The notes under the pieces were generated by a model. The model searched no databases and was not told the origin of the DNA. It saw nothing but the letters and a program-made list of their open reading frames with translations. A DNA stretch of 64,000 bases from Tubiluchus corallicola (Eukaryota; Animalia; Priapulida), in the NCBI GenBank assembly GCA_030141605.1, contig JAQGDQ010000480.1, positions 107,586-171,585 of the forward strand. The letters run 5' to 3'. Position 1 is the stretch's first letter, and every line of letters begins with the position of its first letter. Positions 23,957 through 35,565 of this stretch are shown here, piece by piece. The position numbers and the translations under genes are program-made.

Positions 23957-26900
23957 ATTGGGTGGAGCTTTCTGAGTTTGGTAGCTTTGTAGTCTAGGTG
24001 ACAAATTTCTTAGTAACTACAACCTCGAGTTCAAGAATTATGGCTGCCAACACCAGGGTATATATTTTATTCTGCTAAATGAGTGGCAATCTCTACTGTT
24101 GTAAGTGACTAGACAGTCATTCTTGCACAACACCATCTATTAAGTGAGTGGCAATAATTGTTGTCTGTGATCCATCATTGGGATTTTGGAATGTTAGTTT
24201 TTTTAACAAGAATCTAGAGGTTGTGAACAATGGGGCTGTTGGTCTGTCCTTATAAAACACTAGCTACCACTAACTGCCTGATTCGAAAAGCAACATTTAT
24301 ATATTGATGGTATCTTAAGATCTGCAGCATCCAATTTCTTTTTTGTTTTTTTTAATTCGACTTTTTTATTTATATTTTTTCATTGACTAATGAAAATTTC
24401 ATAACTGCTTAGTCTGTTATACTTATTTACAACTTCATTTCTGAACTATTTTTAATTCAGTTTATTTGTTTTTATTCTTAGCTAATGAAGAATGTTTGCA
24501 AACACTTTTGGTAATAGTGGTTGCACAATACTGTTTCAAATGTGTACTGCACCTCATTTAAGCCAGTAATTAAACTTGCCTTTTTAGTGCATCAAGTTGC
24601 ATATACTACAAGAACGAAGTCGTCTGCAAGACATTGGATGGATTGAATGTCAACTTGCTGACAATAACGTCATGTCGGGGAATGAAGTCTCAGCAGGAGA
24701 AGCCCTTGACACATCTTTTTCCTAATAAAACTGCTCGTCCTCATGTATTTCAGGGAAAACGGGTAAGTCGAACTAATGCTTATCTAGCATTGGTTGAACA
24801 TACCAGTTTCCTAGCTACAAGTGAAAGTATCATAACAGAATTATGTCATAACAGCCCTTCCCTTGACAATAATCAATCTATTATATATTCTTTGTATGTG
24901 TAAACATTATATAAACTTATGTAATAGAATTATCTAACTCTACGAAATTTTGTAACTTTTCTATTAGCCGACTAGTCAAGGTGTGCTTGTCTTGGCAATC
25001 AAAATTAAGCAATATCGAGTCTGGTCTGTAAATGGATGAATGACTGACTGGAAAAAGATTTTTGAGCAGCTTCATCGGCCATCTACCAATACATTCTATA
25101 CATTTGTAAACAATAATTCTTTGCCAGACATTAATAAAAATGCTGAGGGGAAAACTTGAAATTATTTGATCGGCTAGCCCCGGTCTTACAATTGTAATGA
25201 AGTTTCCATTAATAGCTAGTCGATTATTCTATACTATGTTATTCTGTACTATATTAATCATACTATTGATATCAGTGACATAGCTAATAGTTGAGAAAGG
25301 AGAGCAACTGCTCCCCTGAACACATTTTTCAAAATTTGCACTTTTTAAACAATAAGTGTTTAAAACTGTTTTAACTCTAGTTCGCTTGTGCGATAAAAGT
25401 CTAATCTTTTTTATTTTTTCTAATTACATGGCCTTGGAAGAAATATTCCTCTATGCTTCGTTTTGTCTTTATTTTAAGTCTAAAATAAAATAATTAAATA
25501 ACATGCGTTTTTTATGTTTTGAGATTTGTGAGCTTATTATACAAGTTTTTTTTGTGTGTTAATTTTAAATAGCAAAATAACAATCATGTACATCCTTTAA
25601 AACGGCATCTTCGTCGTGTTTTGATTTTAAACACAAAATTAAAATACGTAAACAGTGCGTTAAAAATTGTTTGGTATGTGTAGCAGAGCCTTTTTTATGT
25701 GCTTTCTCCCCTTAACTTTAGAACCTGGCTATGCCCGTGACTTATTTATTGCTATCTTACTACCTTCCATTGTGGCAAGTTTCCAAGTTTGAAACAATAT
25801 TCAAAAACTTGCAATTACATGTGATTGTTTCATGCAGCTTCTTCAGCGAGGAGTATGGTCATGCTAGCTAATCAGTGGCTTCTGATCTTACCTTTACTTC
25901 TGTTTTGTAATAAACATGTCATATAAATGTTTGTAGCAGACTTAGCTTTTTTTTTTGTTAATCTTACTTATCGTGCACGAGGCGCCATCTGTGACGAGAA
26001 TGTAAAGCTTTTGGTTTTGGCCAGTTTTTCTGTTTGTTACCTGCCTGTCACCTGTCTGTTATTACACACCTGTGCTCTGAACAGTCAGGTTAATCCACTT
26101 ATGGGAGCTGTTGGACATTTATGTTATATTGGACATACTGATTATGTTAATAAAGCATTCAGTGGTATTAACCTCTGTTTACAGTGTTTTCTGTGACTAC
26201 AATGTTTATTTTAAGATGCTTTACCACTGCAGCAACTGTGATTTCAACACTACTGATATTATTTCTTAATTAATTTTTTTATGATTATCTACAGGTATAT
26301 TTCTTAACGAGTCGTGTTCATCCGGGCGAAGTTCCATCTAGTCATGTGTTCAACGGCTTCCTTGATTTTATCACGAAGGAAGATGACACTCGAGCAGCTG
26401 TGTTGCGTGACCACTTCGTATTCAAGATGATCCCGATGTTGAACCCGGATGGTGTACAACGCGGTCACTATCGGACCGATTCTCAGGGCGTAAATCTGAA
26501 CAGGGTGTACATTGACCCCGATCCTTTACTGCATTCCCCAGTTTTTGCGGTGAAAAGTTTGCTTATTTATTACCACCAATTATATAGTATTAATAGCGAT
26601 AAAAAAGTAACCAAAGAAAATACGATTTTACATGTAAATAAACAATGTGAGAAAGACATAACGGAAACGGCTGCCACCTCAAAATTAAAAGTGTCAAATA
26701 AAAAGAATAGTGGCAGGAAGAATAGTCACAGTGTCGGTGTAGCAGGTAACAGTGAAAATCTTATCTGTGATACTAATGTTAAACCTGTGAAAAAATCAAA
26801 TTCAAAAATCCTGGTGAGAGGAGATGCCGAAAGACAACCATTTATTAAAGACAATTTGGCTTCAAATTGCAAAGGGCCTGGATTTCGAAGAACGGACTCT

Positions 26901-29900
26901 GATCTCTCTCGTTCTAGCGTAGCAACAGAATTCTCTGAGGACGATTTTCCCTGCTTATACAGTTCTAGCGGTAGTGACAAGAGAGACCTGGAAGTGCTGT
27001 CCCGTGTTTTCCCTCGGGAGCGGAGGGTTCGTAACTGTACGGATCCGCATTTCTCGAATGCCTTTTCACCCCCAAAAAAACTTTGTGCACGGCAGTTTTT
27101 GGACAACTCCTGTGAAGAGACAAAGGACGTTGACAGCAGGGTGTCATTGACAACTTCTGAACTGATCCACCGGATGGAGGGGTTAACCACCGAGGATAAT
27201 CTACGTCACCGGTTGTTGGAAAAGGTTCATTGGGATGAAGAGGAATTACATAAGATTGGGCCATTTGACAGCGGTGTGGCATTTTACGTTGACCTACATG
27301 GGCATGCATCAAAACGAGGCTGCTTCATCTATGGTAACCATTTTGACGAGGAAGAATACCAAGTTAGTAAACCAAGTTATTGTTCAGTAATTGTGTAATT
27401 TTGCAGTACCAGTTCATAATTAAGATCATTTACTGTGGAAAATATGTTTTTAACGTGATTTTAATGTGGATTTTTCAACATATAAATGTAATTCTCTTCA
27501 GGACAAATGGCTAAGGCAATAGTCATCAGAAATTTCACTAAGTCTGTGTGAGCCATTGTCGAAATGAACAGAATATGAAGTTACTTTGACTAGTCACTGC
27601 ATTAGGTGCCAGTACTGCTATACTACTTTTGTAGCCTTTTCAATTCGTAATGGTTAGCTTATTGGCACTCCTGTGCCTATTTGCGTTATGTCAAAACACC
27701 GTTGACAGTATTTGATACCTCTATCAGTAATGTTTTTCTTACATTGAAAGCTGTGTTTCCAGCAAAATTTGCCCGACAATATCTTGTAAAAAAGTGGAAA
27801 TGTTGCAAAATCAAGATACTGAGTGGTAATAAAATGTTGATGTTTGGCACATCATTAGCCAAGTTTTTGAAAAGTGTTATTCTGTTAAATTTATTTTCAA
27901 ATACTTTAATTTCATCAGGGTTAAGTGAGATGTGACTGTGTGTCTTCTAACTACATTAGCAAGATAGGTAATTAAGTTATGAGCACTCCTCGTTAAGCAA
28001 TGCTGGTTCTGGCTAGAAAATTGGTTGGTGACCACTTGAACTTCAATACTGGCCTTAATTATTTATGTACTTCCTTGAACGAGAATGCGTATGTATCCAG
28101 TCTTAACTAAGACATCTGTCCTAGTTCATCTTAGAGGATTATTCTTGATAATTAGCTGGGCTCCAGTACTGCCACACCGATTTACTAAAACTGCACCACG
28201 TCACTGAGAGCTAGATTCCAGCTTACAGGATCCCAAATTGCATAAAATTTTATACTTAATATTTCACAGGTAGAAGCCATGCTCTTCTCAAAACTGATCT
28301 CGCTCAATACAGCACACTTCGATTTCGCAGGATGCAACTTTACGACCAAAAATATGTACACGAAGGACAAACGGGACGGGATGTCAAAAGCCGGCAGCGG
28401 ACGGGTAGCCATGTATAACACTCTCGGCATTATACACAGGTATGCATTTTCTTCTTGCAGTTGAATAATTTACTTATTTTATGGCAAAAATTTTGAAATT
28501 TAAAAAACTACTGGACTACTATGATGCTTTGTAATGGAAAGTGAGCTGAAATTATGTTTGTGCTGTTAAATATGTGAGAGAAATATACGTAGCATGTTGA
28601 AGAAAGTGTAAAATGGGAAGTTTATAACCACAACAGGCAATAGCAATTTACACTAGAATTAGCACAGAGCTCTTGTCAAAGCTGAACAATTTTAAACATG
28701 TCAGTCTGACTCATTGATGAAAAAAGTGACGAAAATAATGTGATTATATAATATACAATTTATTAAAACTATGAGTTGCTTATGTTAAGATATATGAGCT
28801 CATTTTATCAATGATGAAGTTAAAGCTTGCTTAAAAATAAAATCATTAGTACCTTATATTAGTATGATTACTATTTGCCTACTTATATGCCTACTATTTG
28901 CCTTTTATCATAATTATTTTGATTCTCTACTGTATTCCCCATAGAATAGTCTGCAGTTTTCCTAAAAAATCAACTTCTCATTTTGTGTTACTGGGGTCTT
29001 TGTTAAATATTGCTAAAATGAATGAATTTAGATCTTGTATCTTAGGCTATATTACACATCCTTAACACATAAATAAAGGCTCATGTAGCACACTAAGTTT
29101 TCACCAATTAGATTTCGCATTCTCAGGGTCTATCTACGCTACAGCCTTTCAGTTTTTGCTACAATAGTTTTACTTTTTTTCCTGGGCTAAATTTCTAGCA
29201 AACATTTCATTATAGTGCCAGTAGCCAGATTTGTGTCCTTTCTAGTCGTCTTGGTCATGTTACTGTTTTTCAGAATATTGTCAATTCACTGTTTATCATT
29301 TGTGAGCATGTTCAACAAATTTGTCAATTCGTTGTGTTCATTTATTAGTTTGGATGATTAAAGTTGTTTATTTGTGAGTTTGTTTGATAAATTTGTTCAT
29401 TTGTGAGCTTGTTTGATAAATTTGTTCATTTGTGAGCTTGTTTGATTCATTGTGTTCATTTGTGAATTTATATGATAAATTTGTTCATTTGGCTGTTCTC
29501 AGACTGGGTTCATTTTGGTATTTGTATGTTTGTTTGAGAGAAGTGAATGTTTGCATATTTCTAAGTGATGCAAAAGTTCTTACTGAATTTTAACACATTT
29601 GTGGATGTCTTTTAAATCACTTGCCTGTCATTTTTTTCAGCTACACCCTGGAGTGCAACTACAATACAGGAATAATTGTGAATGTGATTCCTCCTTCCAT
29701 AAATGACCGTGCTTCACCTCCACCTCTGATAGGCCTCCCTCCGCGATACAACCCGCTCATATGGGGTGATGTGAGTCGACTTAATGCGTAGTTAAACACT
29801 AAGATGAAATGCTATTATTATTATTTTTACTATGCTGCTGCTGTATAGTCTCACAGTTAAACTACCACACCTTGCAGCATGGTTCGATACCATGCTTGGC

Positions 29901-32900
29901 CAATTATTGTAATGCTCTAGAAAAACCTTTTTTGGTCCTATAGTGCTTTTAAGTCTTGCTTGATATCCGAATGCCACTCTTAGATATTAGATCAGTAAAG
30001 GTTTGTAGAAGTGCTTGACCTTTATAAAATTGAAATTTAATGTCGTACTATCAAATAAAAAATAGCTCATGTTTTGGAGTGCTAGCGGACTTATATGGAG
30101 AAAAATGCATAAGTTTTACATTTAAACAACCGTCTGCTTTGAAAAAAATTTCCACCCTCCCTATTGATATCTCTTGAGGCAAGATAGAAACTATTTTTTG
30201 TGGTTGACCTTAGGAATTCTTAATGCACATGACATTATTGCCTTAACTGTTTATTTTAGGTGGGGAAGGCCCTTGCAATTGCTGCATTAGACATGGTAGA
30301 TCAAAACCCATGGTCACGTCTCTATAGATCCGAATACGGATCTTTAAACGGAGTGCGAGACTGGATTCAGCGGCAAGTAAAAGCGGAAAACATCATCACA
30401 AAAAACAACAACCTTCCAAAGCGTTCACCACGGCGGGATTCGTTACCGGCTAATATGTAAGAGGCTCTCAATCACAGCATGCACTAGTCTTCTCTCCACT
30501 CACAGGTTTCTCTTTTATGCACTTGCTAGAACTTCTACTTTAACCAATTTTGCACTGTAGTTATTTTTATTTGCTTAATTTCTTTACATAATAGGGCTTC
30601 TGTGAGGGATGTCACAAGAGGCTTCCGGGGATCGGGGTTGGGACTTCGATTTGATTAGCTTCGGAACAGCATTATGTTACTTGTGCTTTGATCCGCTTTT
30701 TCACATAAGCAGGCAATTCAATTTCATTTCATTTTTATTGGTGATTTTGTAATAATTTATTGTAAAATTTTTTAACATTCTTATTTCAATTCCAAAGCAA
30801 ATTAAGTTTAAACTACCATCTGCTCTGACAGTTTTGTCTGCGGGTGCTGCTACATGCACTTGAACATGCACACCACTTTAGGTAAAACTCTGAAGTAAAC
30901 TTTTTGAAATCTGTATTGAGATGAGATTTGACTTTAAAAATTATCATTAAATCAGATTTGGATTCAAAAAGCTAAAATTCGTGACATTACTAAAGCCTTT
31001 TTCGATATAGAAAGCCACATGTCTGCTTACATTGATAACTGTTAAATTCTGGAAAGCACCAGTTGCATATTTACAGGGCATGACGACCATGTAATTTCCA
31101 CATAGTGTAGGAACTTTTCAGTTCTGCGAAGCAGAAGACAAAAAATACGAGAAACAAGTAAAATTAATACATACTGTGGTTTATTAGATATTTTGGTTAC
31201 CAAATTGCCATTACTTTGATAAGTAGATAGTATCATAACTCGTGGTGGTATGGTTTTTAAATAAATGTAGTCAAAAGTTACGAATTTCTTTAGTTCAGAC
31301 TGATATGCGATTGCCATGGAATAGTAGTTGGTTAGTAAGTGTACTGGACTACCAATAGTTTTTTATCTTTGAGAAAAGTCAGGGGTTAGGGCTGTGGTTA
31401 TTTTTATGTCGTTCATCAAGCATGATGGGATTATTTTTTTGCGCATGTCGCAATTTCTTCTAATATTTATTTACAACTTCAGTCATACTTCAATGCAGTC
31501 TTCTTACTCGATTTTTTTGTGCTCGGTCTATTATTGCTGCCGATGTACTCCTTGCTTACATAGTCCAGAAAATATACCCTTAAAAGGCAGTGAAAAGTAT
31601 TCACAATTCAGATTTTCTGTGATTATTGCTCCTTGCATTTTTTTCAGTTGCATATAAAATACAAAACTTATTTTTATTACAGCATTATTAATATTTTTAT
31701 GTTTGATTCATTGCAGTCTTGTTGTTTTCACTTTTTAGTTTATCCAACCAAAATAATGGCAACCACGTAGATTCTAAGAATGCCACTCACTCGAACAAGC
31801 AACCGTCCACTACTGCTCCACATACTCAGCTGAAACCTGATTCATCTAATAAGAATAACACTTATCCTAGAAAAGACAAAGTGCAATGTCGGTCAAGGCT
31901 GACCGTAACTAAATCAGCCTCGGCAACAGTTAAAGGTTTGTAGCTTTTTTACAAGCTAGCCTGATAAACTTGAATAGTGAGCAGATGTAGAACAGGTGCT
32001 TTTGAATGCAGTTTTTTCTCTTGGCAGATAACGATATCACATATAACGATATCAAGTTTTTGGCTGATTTCGAGGACCTGCCTACCTTGCGTTATGGTAT
32101 TATCATACCCCCACCACCTACCTACCCTTATATTGACATCGATATTACACTGATGTAGCCTTCTGTACATTTTATTCTTTCTCCTCCCAAGCCAGCAACA
32201 TTGCTTTTAGTGTTTATTGTCAGTGGATTCTACTGGCAGTGAAAGTTATCACAAACAAACACAGCGAACCAAGATTTCGCAGAGAAATTGACAAAAATGG
32301 CAGCCTGTTTGGATCAGCACAAAACAGCTGCACCCTTGTACGTGTGAAAAAAGTGTGAAGTCAGATAACAATATCATGACTAAATCACGTACCTACCTTG
32401 CGTTATAATGGCGTTATCACATCTCCTGCCACTGACGTACTCTAAACTTGATATCGATATATGTGGATGGCCCCTTATCTGTTGGAATGCTTTATCATAA
32501 AAATATTTCTTTGTTGAGACCAAATTTGCTTTGAGAAGAGCTTCAGCAGATACTTCTAATCACAAGCATGTGTTCGTATTTTCACTTTCTATCTGAATTG
32601 CTTTGCTTTAAATGGGCACTAGAGTTTTTTGGCTGATCTACAAAAAACGTTATTTAAAAGGAACAAAACATTTTTTAGTCAGTATTTCAAATGCTTCTAC
32701 CATTTTAAGTTCACAGTCTCCATACTTACTTTCTTCATGGGGGATAGCATATAGTTGGTTCACATGTCTTTTAGAATTGACTATTGAATTATATGAAAAT
32801 GAATCTTAGCTTGTCAAACTATCAGGTAATGAAAACAACTGCAAAGATGGAATCATCTAATAAACTAATTCACGATTGTTTTTTCCTAAATAAATGCAAT

Positions 32901-35273
32901 CTTTCAAATGTTTTTTTAGATGTCAGCCATGTTCAGGATCGCCATGGCGGCAGAAGCTCATCCACATTAGGATGTCATTCTCGTCTTGAACTACCTCAAC
33001 TTGTCAGTGGGCGTAGAAAGTCATCACCTGCCTTGTTAGGAAATGTTTCGACTGTAGATATGACCATGTTTGCTGGTGGAATGAAAACTCCGCTAGCTAA
33101 ACCACTTCGTGTATGTTATTTTCCTTACTCATTTACAAGCTGTAATACTTAACTATTATCCCTGTTTGACTGTAACATGGATTATTCAATAATGTCATGT
33201 TTATTCTGCATAAACATAAATTGAATAGGTTTTGCATAACTTACTTGCAACACACTACTTAAGTATGACCACTACATTTTTGTTCTAGTTCAACTATTGT
33301 TCAGAGTTTAACTGATGCTAGCAAAATATTTTGCTGCTGACTGGACCATGATAACCTCTTGTTTTCCTATTTTTGTGCTTTGCTCTGTCATTTGCAGTCC
33401 TATGACTTTCCACTTACATATTTCTTTGCTTCTATTGTCATGAGCATTTCTTTGCTTTTTGTTTTTCATTTTGTTGTATGCATGTTTGATTTCACTTTAA
33501 CTCCACAACTATTTAATTTTAGTCAAAGATATTTTCAATCTATCGTTGATCAAATTTAGATAGCTCAAATCGCAAAGTAAAATGGTAACAGTGTATTCGC
33601 CATTCTATTCGTGAGTCAAATAGTTACGTAGTACCATCCCAGTATCACTTTCTTCTAATGAATGATGGTTCGACTGGATGGCCATTATGATCTTTTGCCA
33701 TCCTATTTCCAATTATTATGATAATTTAATACGTTTATTTGTTTTGCTTACATCACGAATGTGTAAATAAATGCATGTTTGAATTGAAACTGGAAAAAAA
33801 TTGAATAAGTAATATATAAATTTCCGATTTTGCAAAGATGCCGTTAACATCTGATGTGTAAATTGTCATTCCAAAAGTTATTTTCGACTTTATGTTTGAA
33901 AGCTAAGAATGTGTTTATAAATCAAAATTGCTTGAGTTCATTTAAGTGTGACTAAGTTTGCACAAGATTTATTTGGGTTTGCACAAAACTGTGTTAAGTT
34001 TGTAAGTTGTGGAAAATTATATAAGCTCATAATATGCTGTTGCTGTGCAGCATAAGGTAAACTAAAATTCGCTTATTCATTTATAAAGCACGTGGTTCGT
34101 AATTTCCGTTTTTCTGCTGCTTTCTTTTATGTCGCATAAAATTTCTCCTGTAGAAGCAAGCTTGATTGTGTGTTATTCATACGTGAAAACGTTTTACCTA
34201 AAACAAAACTAAAAAGATTCAGTTATGAAACCCTCCTGAAATTGTTCCACTAGCGTTAATGTTGACTGAGTTTGGGAACTTGTTATAAAGTTAGAAGAGT
34301 ATCGTAATGTGTTCTTAACCCACCATTACAATTTCCATTTGCAATTTTTGTAAACGTTGTTTTTTTTTGTTTTCAGAAACTGCATGTAACATATTGAATG
34401 AAAATTTGTAAAGCTTTTGTGGGAAGGAAATGTGTACTGCATTATTTAGGAACCAGCAGATAGCTAAATTGTACAACGTCTGTTTACTAATTGGACAATA
34501 CTGTTATTAACTCATGTACCATTACATTTCTTGTTGCAAATATAAATGATAGCATTTACTGCATGTGTTTCATACATGTATTTGCCATTGACATTGGTTT
34601 TGGGCTGTCTTTTCGTAACAAATTTTCACTTTCTTTTTCAGGGAACAAGAAAAAAGTCTGAAGAGAAAACCGCTGTACCTTTGCGACGGCAGGCTGCAGT
34701 TAAAGGACCGCTGTCCGATCCTGTGGTTGTAAAGACAGCAAATGTTAGATTAACAAGGTACAATGAGTCACAAATTATGAAAATTCCTATATCCAGTTTC
34801 CCGCTATTAATAGTACTTTACTAATTCAAGTCTTTTTGTGACACCCTCAGTGTTAAACCACTTCCTTTTCTATTGTATGCATTGTGCAATTGCTAACATT
34901 CAAATTTTTCTTTCTAAATTGCTTTTGGTGCTACTGTCAAACCTCTTTATATTGCTTACTTTGGGACAGCAGTAAAAGTTGGTATTAAGTGAGTTTAGCA
35001 TTATAACAAGGTACATTATACATATCTATGCAAATATAAACAAAAATAAAGGCGTTCAGCAGTGTTGGCATTATAAAGAAGGGGGTGTTATAGCGAGGTA
35101 TTTTATTCACTTTTAATAGATTCTTAATAAATTTATCTAGGTTGCCATCTTCCAGCGAGCGTCAATCATCTGTCGACATCAGCAGTAGCCTAGCATCGGC
35201 AAGCAAGATAATCAACAAGTCAAAACGAGTGAAGCGGAACAGCCTGAGCCGCACTGGAAAAATAAGAACGTGA
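19981..35273 (+). CDS. AGBL5: Cytosolic carboxypeptidase 5 (tubulin deglutamylase, M14D), 13 core exons, about 968 aa
   Basis: join(19981..20070,21225..21322,21697..21868,23470..23639,24588..24762,26295..27362,28270..28439,29641..29770,30260..30456,31739..31935,32920..33110,34642..34757,35141..35273); phases consistent; FDSGNL, SWFYF, FAFSYP, zinc ligands HPGE and DLHGH, NLNR, catalytic YTLE; CGGLLF start and NPWSRL are CCP5-like. The last four low-complexity exons are less certain. Confidence 0.93.
21225..21322 (+). CDS. AGBL5: AGBL5 coding exon 2
   Basis: [32 protein letters not shown](R). Confidence 0.9.
21697..21868 (+). CDS. AGBL5: AGBL5 coding exon 3
   Basis: SWFYFGV...[16 protein letters not shown]...[12 protein letters not shown]. 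Confidence 0.95.
23470..23639 (+). CDS. AGBL5: AGBL5 coding exon 4
   Basis: [14 protein letters not shown]...[18 protein letters not shown]; not in the ORF track frame. Confidence 0.93.
23863..23953 (+). repeat. Perfect (CT)n microsatellite, about 45 units
   Basis: Direct reading; gives the spurious LSLS/ERER ORFs. Confidence 0.98.
24588..24762 (+). CDS. AGBL5: AGBL5 coding exon 5
   Basis: [25 protein letters not shown]...FQGKR, donor GTAAGT. Confidence 0.94.
26295..27362 (+). CDS. AGBL5: AGBL5 coding exon 6 (catalytic domain with long insertion)
   Basis: [12 protein letters not shown]...[19 protein letters not shown]...[18 protein letters not shown]; 1068 nt. Confidence 0.93.
28270..28439 (+). 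CDS. AGBL5: AGBL5 coding exon 7
   Basis: [19 protein letters not shown]...[11 protein letters not shown]...GIIH. Confidence 0.95.
29290..29490 (+). repeat. Minisatellite, unit about 29 bp (tttgtgagcttgtttgataaatttgttca)
   Basis: Several degenerate tandem copies in AGBL5 intron 7. Confidence 0.8.
29641..29770 (+). CDS. AGBL5: AGBL5 coding exon 8
   Basis: (S)[10 protein letters not shown]...RASPPP, contains catalytic Glu; donor GTGAGT. Confidence 0.95.
30260..30456 (+). CDS. AGBL5: AGBL5 coding exon 9
   Basis: [21 protein letters not shown]...VRDWI; donor GTAAGA, phase 2. Confidence 0.93.
31739..31935 (+). CDS. AGBL5: AGBL5 coding exon 10 (disordered tail)
   Basis: Strong acceptor cttttttag-like tract, open frame phase 2 to phase 1. 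Confidence 0.75.
32920..33110 (+). CDS. AGBL5: AGBL5 coding exon 11 (disordered tail)
   Basis: [11 protein letters not shown]...LAKPLR, phase 1 to 0, donor GTATGT. Confidence 0.75.
34642..34757 (+). CDS. AGBL5: AGBL5 coding exon 12
   Basis: [17 protein letters not shown]...VRLT, phase 0 to 2. Confidence 0.75.
35141..35273 (+). CDS. AGBL5: AGBL5 terminal coding exon
   Basis: LPSSSERQ...[18 protein letters not shown], stop TGA 35271-35273; phase matches exon 12. Confidence 0.72.
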
Positions 35274-35312
35274 GAAGAACAAACAGCTTTCTGACAAGAC
35301 TGTGCATGGCTT

Positions 35313-35565
35313 GGTTACATAACCGGGCAGGCATGGGTATGTTTAGTACCAGGGTGTTCAATCTAAAGTCAAAATAACACATGTTACGGTTATATAACCA
35401 TGCATTATTATGCTTAGTACCAGTATGTTCAATTTAATGTCAAGATTGTGCCTGTTTCATTTACATAACTGAGCATTGTTATGCTTAGTATCAGGGCGTT
35501 CAATTTAAAATCAAAATTGTACAAGTTTCAGTTACATAACCGAGTATTGTGATGGTTAGTAACCC
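35313..35565 (+). repeat. Tandem repeat of about 71 bp, about 3.5 copies, in the AGBL5 3'UTR
   Basis: Recurring gttacataacc...tatgcttagtaccag...gttcaatttaa..tcaa blocks. Confidence 0.85.

Noticed and set aside
26726-27312. Antisense ORFs of 154 and 115 aa (also 5083..5586 opposite KTI12)
   Set aside because: Shadows of real coding exons on the opposite strand.
29290-29490. 29-bp repeats resembling a CRISPR array (also the 71-bp array at 35313)
   Set aside because: Head-to-tail degenerate units without unique spacers, eukaryotic intron/UTR context, no cas genes.
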